Assembly: GCF_011386835.1 (NCBI RefSeq)
Contig: NC_088801.1
Coordinates: 42,408,001 to 42,472,000 of the forward strand
Source: Chrysemys picta bellii
Taxonomy: Eukaryota
Direction: 5' to 3'
DNA: 64,000 bases
Position 1 is the stretch's first letter; each line of letters begins with the position of its first letter. Under the pieces are notes generated by a model. It had not been told where the DNA came from and searched no databases. It saw only the letters and a program-made list of their open reading frames with translations. Positions 1 to 11,177 of this stretch are shown here, piece by piece. The position numbers and the translations under genes were made by a program.

Positions 1-1877
1 TGCCATGTTCCGCTGGGAACTCAGGGTGGGAAGGGACACAGAAGCCATTTTAGCTACGCAGTCATCATTTTTAGGAGATAGTTGTTGCAGCAAAATCTAA
101 AAGGCTTGAAAGTCTTCCTCAAGGAAGGAAATTATGTGTTATGTGCTGTGCGTTGTATCTAGTGAGATCTTTAGTGAGTATATCTGATGGGATAAATCAG
201 ATTGCTGCATTAATGGTGATATACAAGCGAGGCACCATGGAAAAAATAGATTGAACTTCAAGTTGTCTGAATGGCTTTGGACATAGTCCCTTTGGAAAAT
301 AGGAAATTATGCTCAGTTTGGGAGCTGCTTTGAAGACCCTTGTATCATATGGACACGTCTGAAGATTTTTTGGGGGGTGGGGTGGGGGGGATAGGAATAA
401 AAGATTCCATACCTCTACCTCCCTCTTTCTACAGCTAAAAGCAAAGTGCGCATAGTAGGTGTCTGTCATTGCGGATGCCCCTGCTACCACGCAGTGCAGA
501 TGTTTTATACCCCATCGGGTTATACTGAGCCCCTTTTCTGGGGTGAGCCGTGATAACAAAGTTAAGATTCTGGGTTTCTTTCTTTTTTGTTTGTTTGTTT
601 TCATTATTCTTTCAGTCCGCTTCCACACCTGTAGGGGCTTTGCATTGTGTGAGATTTTAAGTCATCCGTGGCCTGAGTGTTTGCAGACAGTATTCTGACA
701 AAGCTTGGCTTTCAAGGGTCTTTTTTACAAAAGCGATTATATGTGGCATAACGGCATGTTTTTTTTTTTATTTAGAGATGAGCATGCCCTGTGGCTAAAC
801 TGGACATTTTGTACAAACAAAAGATTCCGATAGAGATTTGGTAAATGCCCTCGGAATGAATAATTGTCTTGGTGCAGGGTTATTTCTGAAGCTTATTCAT
901 TAACTAAATAATTTTGTTTTCATACTACTGGCCCATTTTTGTGCTCATTTTAGGTATAATAATATTTAAAAAAATAAGCTGGGCTAATGCTTATTATGTG
1001 GCTCTGCGTTAATTACTAAAACTCCCAACTATGAAATGAAAATGAACATTGGTTGAAGTTCATGGTATCCGGTCACTGTCTCATATTCTGCTTTCCAAGG
1101 AAATCGTGGCTGTTGGGTTTCTTTTCCTTCAGAGATATGATGCTGCATCATAATCTCTCCATAATTCCAAATGACCCCCGAAAGAGACTTCCTTTAACAA
1201 AATAGGCTAATAGTAATGTTCTATTTGCATATTTCTCTTTTCAGTCTCTCATACACACCCTCAGACAAACACACAAGGCTTGTACTTAGGGAAAGGAAAA
1301 ATAAGGTTACTGAGTCTCATAGTTTGAATTTTGTAACAGATTTTTATGCCAACTATGGATTTCTAGATCTGAGTTAGCAAATCTGCTAGAGTATGTAAAT
1401 AGGGTCTTTGCTTTCCTAAATTTACTATCATCAGCTAATTACCAGTGTAAGTAGCAACAAGCAAATATTTCCGATGCTAAATTGTCATATTACAGTGTCG
1501 AGGTCTCCGATTTGAAGCTCACAGCCAGATAGCTAGGGATGACCTTTCCCAGTCGAATTATCTGTGCCTATTTCCCTAAATATGTTTAGAGACATGCCTA
1601 GACAGAGGGGATCGGAGGAGTTCTGTGTGCGTGCGTTTTGCTTCAGTGCTAGGGGCTGGATTTCCAGCAGTGTGTAGGAGTCGCTACACAGACTGTGCAT
1701 TCTCAGGTGATTAGCCTCTCTATATATTTACCCCATCTTGCCGTGGCAGAAAGAAAGATAAAAATGTAACATTTGTACAAATGCGTTGCTCATCTCTCGG
1801 TGCTGGGAAGCTCTTTGGAGAGATCTTAGGAGTCTTTCAGAAGGGCTGATATAGATATAAGGACATTTCTACATGGC

Positions 1878-1910
1878 GTCACGTGACATAATTACCACTA
1901 GAATCAATCA
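1878..1910 (+). promoter_or_regulatory. HOXD11 proximal promoter motifs: palindromic E-box GTCACGTGAC and Pbx-type ATCAATCA
   Basis: GTCACGTGAC at 1878..1887 and ATCAATCA at 1903..1910, 130-165 nt upstream of the ATG. Confidence 0.6.
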
Positions 1911-2042
1911 AGATGAATTGCACGTCAGCACACGGTGGGGATTTTTTCTTAGTTGATCCTGTCCAAAGCCTCTTGTGCAATAGATGGATCTTGTTCAATG
2001 CACTGAAGTCTCCTGGTTGCTTGCAATCGCAAAAAGGAAGAC

Positions 2043-3451
2043 ATGACTGAGTTTGACGATTGCAGCCACAGTGCATCCAATATGTATCTACCAGGGTGCG
2101 CTTATTATGTTTCACCTTCAGATTTCTCGACGAAGCCCTCTTTTTTGTCTCAATCGTCTTCCTGTCAAATGACTTTTCCTTATTCTTCTAATTTACCTCA
2201 TGTCCAACCTGTGCGAGAAGTGGCATTCAGGGAATACGGATTAGAGCGCAGCAAATGGCAGTATAGGGGCAGTTATGCTCCTTATTACTCAGCTGAGGAG
2301 GTTATGCATCGAGACTTTCTGCAGCCTGCTAACAGGAGGACGGAAATGTTATTCAAAACGGATCCTGTGTGCAGCCACCATGGACCCTCCGCCGCTGCCT
2401 CCAACTTCTACAACACGGTGGGAAGGAACGGCATTCTCCCGCAAGGATTTGACCAGTTTTATGAGACAGCCCATGGACCTCCATACCAGCAGCAAGCAGA
2501 GAACGAGGGGGAAGCGGCCAAGAGCGACTTGAAACCTCAGAATAGCACTTGTAGTAAAACACCTTCCAGCCAAGAGAAGAAAGTGACAACAGAAAACAGC
2601 GCCGGTTCCCCTTCTGGTGAGGCTGTTGCAGAGAAGAGCAACAGTTCAGGTAGGTATCAGTAGTAAACTGGGGGCAACCGTACAAGGCCAACACTTTGTC
2701 AAGCCGCATTTTATGTGCAATTTTATAAGCATCCAAAGGATTTTATATATCCTATAAGATTTCCTTTACCGTTGTAAAGCGTGTTTACGATAGGAAACCA
2801 ATTTACGTGGGCTTAAGGTATTTTTGGAGCAGGATATTAATTGTTATTAAATTGTTGATTTGGGAGGGAGCAGAGAGATTTCACAGCTATTATTCAGAGC
2901 ACCCTTAATTATAGATTCTAATATTTTCATTTGTTTAGGGGAGTAGTTTGAGAACCTTGGAATATGTCCAACCAATTTAAACATCTCTCTGTACTGCTAG
3001 ATAGGGTCTATTTTAAGGGGAAGTTGGAAATGTCCACCTTTTGCAAAGTTACCCAGAAGGGGGGTGGGAAAGGGAGAAATCTCTCAGAATGTTTTCTTAA
3101 CTGTTAGGATGCTGCTTTCTAGTAAATGGGATGTTATGAATGTGTCTTATCTATCGTTATCTGAAAGTGTTAACTGGAACAGCATAACATCAGTTTATTC
3201 TGTCTTGAATTTCAGTAGTTCCCCAGCGATCAAGGAAAAAGAGATGTCCCTACACCAAATATCAAATAAGAGAACTGGAACGTGAGTTTTTCTTCAACGT
3301 GTACATAAACAAAGAAAAAAGACTGCAGTTGTCCAGAATGCTGAACCTCACTGATCGACAAGTTAAAATCTGGTTCCAGAATCGAAGGATGAAAGAAAAG
3401 AAACTGAACAGAGATCGACTCCAATATTTCACTGGAAACCCCTTGTTTTGA
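2043..3451 (+). CDS. HOXD11: Homeobox protein Hox-D11; join(2043..2649,3216..3451), 280 aa
   Basis: Exon 1 reads [36 protein letters not shown] (Hox11 N-terminus). Donor CAG|GTAGGT at 2650, acceptor TTCAG| at 3215. Exon 2 reads [76 protein letters not shown]; the C-terminal FTGNPLF is the D11 type. Confidence 0.97.
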
Positions 3452-3852
3452 AATAAAAGAAAAGAAAATATCTCTACCTAACCTGCCATCTGAGTACACC
3501 AGAAGATTGGTTTACAGGACACATTCACCCTGCGGAACGCAAAGTTTCATTTTCTTGTTCAACTCTGGTGCCTCCAAACAATCAATGTCCACTGGAGATA
3601 TCGGGGGTTTGGCGGAACACGTTCCTCATAAGGGGAAGCTAGAGTAAATCCAAAAGTCCATTCTCCAATGTTTATCGCCCAAGGTGGTTTTTTTTCTCTC
3701 TCTCTCTTTCATGATGGAAACCAATGGACCGGCGGTGTGTATGGTAGATTTTGCTTTTAAAAAAGAGGTTTTTTCCCTGTTGGTTTTGATCTAGGATAAC
3801 CCTTTCCTCCCTTAAATGAATGCAGTTTATTTAAAAGATGGTAAATGTACAT

Positions 3853-3853
<1 letters not shown>

Positions 3854-3891
<38 letters not shown>
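3854..3891. repeat. (GT)19 microsatellite in the HOXD11 3' UTR
   Basis: Direct reading. Confidence 0.95.
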
Positions 3892-3893
<2 letters not shown>

Positions 3894-3935
3894 CTATTGT
3901 CATATAAACGCATGGGCCACTGTCTTTTACATGTG

Positions 3936-3941
3936 AATAAA
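3936..3941 (+). terminator. Probable HOXD11 polyadenylation signal AATAAA
   Basis: GTGAATAAATGGTTTCTAGTAAA, about 490 nt after the stop; resembles the mammalian HOXD11 3' end as I recall it. Confidence 0.6.
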
Positions 3942-4915
3942 TGGTTTCTAGTAAAGTTAAGGTTATATCTTCTGCTCACTTATGGATTTTCATCTCTGAA
4001 AGATCAGAGTGTGTACCCGACTAGAGACAAATTCAATTAAGTAACAATGGAGGAAGTTAAGTCAAATTATTTTCAACAGAATTTAAATGTTAGTTTAAAT
4101 CTCTAACTGATTCTATATAAAACCTTCACTGTTATTACCCTCAGTTTAAGGCAGTCCAAACATGGCTGTCTGAAGACCACCACTTTTGATGGTGCCACAA
4201 TTACTATAACCTATGAAAAAGCTTTATTAACTGTTCAGGCATCTAACGTTTGAGACAAGAATTCAAAGCTCAAATGGATGTTTACTAGCGAGGGAAGGAT
4301 TGTCAGAATGGGAACCCTGAATGTTTCAAACAACAGGCATATGTAAACAGTTGAAACTAGTTAAAAAAAAAAGTTTAGCGAAAAAAACAGTGAATATTTT
4401 CACCGTGTTTTTTACCAAGTCGTTCTGAGTTTCCTATATTTAATCACGGGAATGTAATCAGTTTCCCCAACTTAGTATAAAATAACTGGCCCTTGTCTTT
4501 ATTTTGAAAGTAAAAGAAACTGGTGAAGGTCCCCTCTTCACTTCATGTAGTATGACCTGGCGAAGCTGTTTACAAAACCTTGAACTGTCTAGACAACACC
4601 ATAAAAGCCGAGGTTCTAAACAGCTTAATTGGGTTATATTATACACCTTCTGGTGGGTGAAAAAGAGATTTCCGCAAAGTGCAATAAAGGAAAGGAATGA
4701 GAAAAGAATTTGGCTTTTTTGAATAGAAATAGAAAAAGAATAGAAATGTGGGTCTCATTACACTTGCATCCAGTAAACGCAAAAGTACGGAAATAAGTCC
4801 GGAAAAGACAAAAAAAAAACAAACTAAAAATTCGCTGAAGAAATCGTAAGGAGGCATAGCTAAAAAAAAATAAAATTTTAAACTCTTTAGCAAGAAAAAC
4901 ATAAGTGTATGCCTT

Positions 4916-4952
4916 TGAACTTCCAAAATGTCAAGGTCATCACCTTTAACCT
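4916..4952. promoter_or_regulatory. Compound nuclear-receptor element 3' of HOXD11 (probably the classical conserved region IX)
   Basis: TGAACT at 4916, ATGTCA-AGGTCA (DR0-like) at 4928..4939, AGGTCA-TCACCT (IR0) at 4934..4945, TCACCT-T-TAACCT (minus-strand DR1) at 4940..4952. Confidence 0.6.
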
Positions 4953-5790
4953 TTCTGAATAATTAGGCGCCTTAAGGTTCCTCTGTTATTTTCAACCACC
5001 ACCCACTCTCTCTCTCTTTTTCTCTGTCTCTCGATCGCCTTCTCTCATAAGCACATACATACACTCACCACACACGCACCCACACACACACACACACACT
5101 AACTACTGCATAGCTAGCGTTATTAGCAAATGCATCATAACGCTAAGAAAATTCCAGCTGTCATGACAACTTCCCCATAACGCTATGTTCGGACAGGTCC
5201 CTAATGGAATCCGTCATTTATGTTCAAATATCCTCTATTTTTCTTAATACTTATGTCGTATCTAGGAAATATAGGAAAGGCCATTCTTTCGATAACCGCT
5301 CCGAGCTAAAATACTATATAGAGAGCAGTGGAATGTAAAAAATAACTAGGTATTTTGGAGGAAAACAATATTTCCAGAGAATTCATCTTCAAATATATTT
5401 TTAACAGGAAACATTCTGTCGAATGGAGAAACATGTAGTAATAGGAAACTATTAAAATAAATCATTTAACATTATCACAAAAATCGCACATCTCTTCTGG
5501 GTCTTAATCCATAGTGCAAGAATAAGTTATTTGATTTTTCAGATCCCTATGGTGTATTTAATAAATTATCCAAGCATACATGGTCATTTAAAATGTTAAG
5601 GCACCGCAAAGATGATCACCAGAAACTAAATATACCGATATAATCTTTGCCGAATGTTTCAACTATATTATATTTTAATGTCTGTTTAAAAACAGAAATT
5701 AACTCCGTTGTTGAATATACCTAAAAGCATCAAGGTTGAACGGAAAGCCAAAGAAGAGAAATAAATTCCCTTGTGCTTTGCTTCTGAATT

Positions 5791-5804
5791 CCACAGGAGG
5801 GCGC
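5791..5804 (+). promoter_or_regulatory. Candidate CTCF site between HOXD11 and HOXD10
   Basis: CCACAGGAGGGCGC versus core CCASYAGRKGGCRS, in an otherwise AT-rich flank. Confidence 0.5.
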
Positions 5805-8800
5805 GCTCATGTTCTATAATGCTTACAATTGTCCTGATGTTCAAGTCTATTTTCCTCTTAATAGTAATTGTACTACTAATAAAATATCTAATATATAAGT
5901 AACAATAAGATTTCAGGGTTTTCGAAATGAGAAAATAAAGCATCAAAAAGATTTATTAAACAAATAACCCACAACCGTGACATGCTCAAGGAATATGCCA
6001 CTTGAAAAGAATTTTTTTGGTCGTCGTCTTTTGTAATACATCCGAGGTTTAAAAATCCTATAATTTTAAGATAAATATAATGATATTCAGAATTCGTTCA
6101 GCAGAGCGAAAATCTATTTACTCTTTTTAGTGCAATCTTAACACCCAAAGAACAAAAGTTATATCAAAATATGTGTCTCCTTTCCAAAGCTTATCTGTAA
6201 GATATTATTGCAAGCCTGTTCTTAAAGACGTGTAAACACAGCTATAACATAGTTTTAGAGGTGTATGTAATTTAAACAAAAGACAGGCGTTGATTCTGGA
6301 TGTGCCTATTTAGTATAGAGTAAATGACAAAACGGAAGAGTACATATTTTGAATATCGGAACATCATCTTCCCAAGGGATTGTTAAATAAAATCTCTCTC
6401 CTTATAATGCTGTAGAGAGCTATTAAAATGTAACTAAAAGATTTGAAAATTAAATATAACACTGTACATTTCCTGGAAATTTTCCAGTGAATTTACATGT
6501 TTTTCCCCTCCCCCCATACGCACTTGTAAATAATAACACCAAAGATCAGTTAGTTTTTATCTGCTTATTTCCAAAATTCACCTAAAACTAGCTAATGCAT
6601 GATCTACTTGTTCAACTATATTCTCTGTTTAACAAGCCCTATCCCCGTGAAAGAATTAGTTGACAGTTTGTCTGCTAGGTTTTTTAGAAGTTCATTGTTA
6701 ACAGTTTCTTAGAAATAGCTTTGCCGTCTGTAATAAAATGACATTGTCCCATCTAAGATCATTGGAATCTTTGAAGAGAAAGGTAACGCTTATCAACAGA
6801 ATCCAGAATACATAGCAAATCCTCTCGCCCCCAAAATTAATTCAGTTTCTTAGCTCGAGAAGGAATAAATACAGAAAAGTCTTTTTTTTTGATAGGTTGG
6901 TTGGTTGGTTGGTTTTAAAATTAACGTACTTCTTTTGAGATCTTGCCTCTTCACTCCACCTCTTGGCTTCTATATGTTTTAGCCCTTCACATTTATATTA
7001 AGGCCATTCTCAACGAATGTAAACTTGTGATTGAAATCATATATGCTGTTAATTAAATAATTAGATGAAGATTAAAATGTGGCTTTGTCCTTTTTTGAAT
7101 CATCATGTAAATGTGATGGTTCTGTGGATGGATAAGGGAGAGTATACTTTTTTTAAAACTGTCAGCGATTTCCCAATTTATTTTGGTTGGTCCTATCAGA
7201 ACAACGAATAGAGTATTTCTGGTTAAAGAACAAATAGTTAGGAATTTATATATAGGTAAAGGTGCATTTAAAATAAATAAGATTGGTCGTATTTATTGGC
7301 CTATCTACACGCTAAAAGCTGATAACATCCAGATCACACACTGAGTTTTGTACTTATGTGTACAAAGAAATATGGATGCACAATAGGCTAAGGTTTAAAC
7401 CATGTGTGAATATCTTCCTAATATAGGCAACGCACCTATGTGTGATCACACAACACACTAATATCACCATTTGAGGAAAAGCTAATGTGCAATCACAATT
7501 GTTTTATCAACAATAATACTGTTGAAATACATAATGGCATCGGTATATTTTTTTAATGTTCCGACAATCCAAGCAAGAAGTTGATTCTTTTGTAGAAAAA
7601 CGTGACTCACGAAAAGCAGGATAGTGTTACAATTACGTTATTAAAAAAAGAAAGGTCACACTATTGTAGCCAATTAATTTTTTTTTGCGAAATAAAAATA
7701 TTCTTCAATCGCAAAGCAATATAATAGCGTGATATAAAATATATAGTTTGCATTTTAGCGTCTTACTACATTAAATCCTCAAATCGAAAGCAATATTACT
7801 AAAGTCTTTCTGGGTTTCTGTCTATTTTAAAGTTAGCTATTTCTCGCAATATCTTTTGCACTGATAAAAACATCTGCAAAATATCTCCTTTTTCGTAACC
7901 TTTCTCCCATCCTACGCCAATAATCCGATACCAACATAGGAAATTGCAAGTAAGAATCGTTAGAACAGTTGGAGAAAAAAATCAAATAACCTGTAATAAC
8001 ATGGGGGAGGGGAATGAAAATTAAACTTCACAGCAACGTCTTTTAACCTCGAATTTCTATTACTAATATTTATTAAGACTGAAAAGCATAATGTCAACCT
8101 ACATTTTATTACAAATAGTAATCTAGTATATATGGGCCCTTTTTGGGGGTCCCCCCCTTTGAAAAAATGGGGCTTTGAAAGCAAACCTTTTATATTAATG
8201 TAGATTGTATATCTCGTTTATTGCACACTATTGATTTATTTATTAATGTTAATTACTTTATTCCATCTTAATATGCTTTAAAAAATAGTGACATTAAATA
8301 CCCAGAATGTAAGTAACCATTTCCCTAAAGACTACTGCACGTTTATTCAACTTCTATGGCAAACAAACTCCAACTTTCCTAATGTTCATTTTTCCAAATA
8401 AAAGCTAGGCTGCTTCCTGTACGATTTTAAAAAGCCATGATTTATTATGATCAAATTGAGCTATTCGACATTCCTAAACTTAGTATTAAATAATAATAAT
8501 TTGAACTACATATTCTGACATGTTAAAATCATATTTTCACTTAAATCAAGGAAACATAATGTATAATCAGCAGCAGCAGAGTCAGCTCATTAAATAAAAC
8601 AGACGCAGGAACGCAGAGCATTTAAGGATTAGGTTATTGTTTTAACTTTACTATCGGGCGAAATACACAGCAAACGTCTGGGATAATACTTCAGTAGGAA
8701 AATTTCTGGGACACTCTTTTCTTAAAGAGTAAATAAAGATTACGAAAGACCATTTGATGGGCATAAAATTCCTGATTAGATTTAACAGTCAAGTCTTAAA

Positions 8801-10958
8801 CTGTGTCAAGCAAAATAGTATTTTGTTTCTTTAAACTCGGTGGGTTGTCAGGGCTGTTGTTCCAAAAGAGGAAATTGTTAGAAAGCAGGGGAAAATCCCA
8901 GTCCGCAAACAGTGAACTCTACTGCAGTTTGTTCCTGAGCTCAGGCAAATCTTAGCAATGGCTCTGATAATGATCTTAAACATACACATAATCCCATTTT
9001 CTGTCCTAAATGCGCTGTGGCGATTAAACATACACGAAAAGAGCAGGGAGGTATACAAGACTTAGGGAGTGCAGAAAAATTTTAAAAGCAGCTCATATTA
9101 TGAAGGTAATATTTAAACTCTCTGGCAACACTGAAGCTTTAGACTGAAGCTGTAAAAGACACTGGCTCTTAACCTGACAATGATGTTGTATTTGAACAGC
9201 TGCGATAAGGTTTTAAAGGGTCTGTCTCATTGCCACAGCGAGATTTTAAATAGGGTTATTGTTTCCAACAATGTAAAGTGTACGGAAAAGTGGAAAACAT
9301 TCAAATACCAGGAACTCTTATAAAATTCAAATTCACGTTGCTGGAATATGCCATTTCAAACTATGCTTTTGTGCAAACGATACTGTTTAAACGCCCTTTT
9401 ATGTGCTGTTTGTTCTTAGATATCTGGACTTTTTAAAAACAGTGTTTTGATTATGTAAAGGCCCAAAATAAATAGCTAGCCGAACCTGAAACGGAATTTA
9501 TCAACAAGTTCACGCTGTCTGTATGAAATTCCCTGAAAGCACTAGTCTTAAACGAGAAATGCTTGAGTTTGAAACTAGGCAAAAATATAATGAATTGTTT
9601 CACGATCAAATCTGGTATCTCACAATTTTAAAAGTAATAGCTCTGGATGTAAATATAGTTACAAAGTGAGGAGGGAAACAACAAAACACATTTAAAATGT
9701 TGGAAAATAAAAGTCTAATTTGCCATGTAGGCAGTTACTGTTGCTTTCTGTGATTTTTTAAAATATTCATGCGGCATTTATTCTTCTGGAAAAAAAGAAG
9801 TGGCTTGAACAGTTGTAATAAAACTGAGTTTCTGTGTGTTTTTAAATAAGCACTGCTACAGAAGAAAAATTATCTTTATGGTGCTTTCAGTGTCCAGGGC
9901 AAGTAATTTTTTATTTTATTTTTATCTTATTTTATTTTGCATATGCAGAGAGAGAGAGAGCATTGTAAAATAATTTTAGGAATCTAGGGTAACTATACAC
10001 TCACGTTATGATAAAAGTATAGCTTTTAATATTTGACGGTTTGTGTTAAAACAAAATTGACCCTCTTGGTTAGTAGCGAGGGGAAAAAATCAATAGTATA
10101 ATTTTCAATAATTCATAACGCGAACGCCATTATGCTAAATCTTAACTATTAATCTTATCCTTTACAAAGTCTCGATTGATTTGTTAATAAAATATCTTCC
10201 CGTGTGTGGCAACAGAGGGTATAACTCTTTAAAAAGCTTCAGAAGCAAGAAAATTACCAAGTAGCCCAAGAATGTAGATGAGAATTTTATTGATCGCTCT
10301 GATTCTTCTTAATACGTATTAATAAATTCCACAACCTTTTGTACCTTTCGCTTGTCAGGAACCAATGCTTTTACAAAATCCATAAAAAGAAAACATATTT
10401 TTCTTTGCATAATAACCAAATGACACTTTCGGATTTCGCACATGGTTCAGCACATCCAGTTGTCTAAAACTTTTAAGGTTCTTTTTCTTTTTCTTTTTTT
10501 TTGTGATTAGTATTACTAGCATTAAGGAAAAGGGGGAGAAAGAGCCTTTCTCATGCAGTGAGCTTTTGGGGCGGTTGCTCTGAGAGCACATTGCTTCCAA
10601 ATAACTGTCTTCTGTCTGAAACTGCACAGGGTCTTGAAGTAATGACCGTCCACGAGATCAGTAGAAACCACTTATTTTCGTACCAAAAAAAAAAAAAAAT
10701 TGCACAAGCTATGGGGGTTTCATTATGTACATGACAGTGATTTTCCGGGGCGTTCTGTCTGCAAGGATCTTGTTTCATGTTTGTCCCCATCTCCTTGGAC
10801 CAAGGGACAGTAAGCTGCCGGGAGTTCGGTGAATTCGGATTCAGCTTGTTTGTAATAAAACACAACTAAAAGAAATAAAGCCCCTTGTTTTAAATCAGCG
10901 CAGTGCGCCAGGGCTGCTTCGCAAGGCTCCGGCGCAGAGCGAGCACTTTCCCCCTGAC

Positions 10959-11081
10959 GTTCTAGATGTCGCTGTTGACCACATTTCAGATGCAGCCCGG
11001 ACTGTCCCGCGGAGCACGTGACTCGCGGGGAGGTAGCGGCTCAAGGCCATTTTCAAATCTCATTGGCTTGGTTGTCATGTG
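10959..11081 (+). promoter_or_regulatory. HOXD10 promoter: CTCF-like motif, E-boxes and reverse CCAAT
   Basis: GTTCTAGATGTCGC at 10959, CACGTG at 11015, TCATTGGCTTGGTTGTCATGTG at 11060..11081; local CpG enrichment. Confidence 0.6.
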
Positions 11082-11177
11082 GTTGTGCAGAGGCATCCAC
11101 AATTACACAGGGAATGTTTTCCTAGAGATGTCAGCCTACAAAGGACACAATCTCTCTTCTTCAAATTCCTCCCCAAA

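Noticed and set aside
1-1800. HOXD12 sequence or the classical D12-D11 conserved region
   Set aside because: No coding trace of HOXD12; the block near 720-920 may be a conserved element but cannot be supported without an alignment.
11079-11177. ORF-track N-terminal extension of HOXD10
   Set aside because: It starts at GTG inside the promoter module; the conserved protein starts at ATG 11178.
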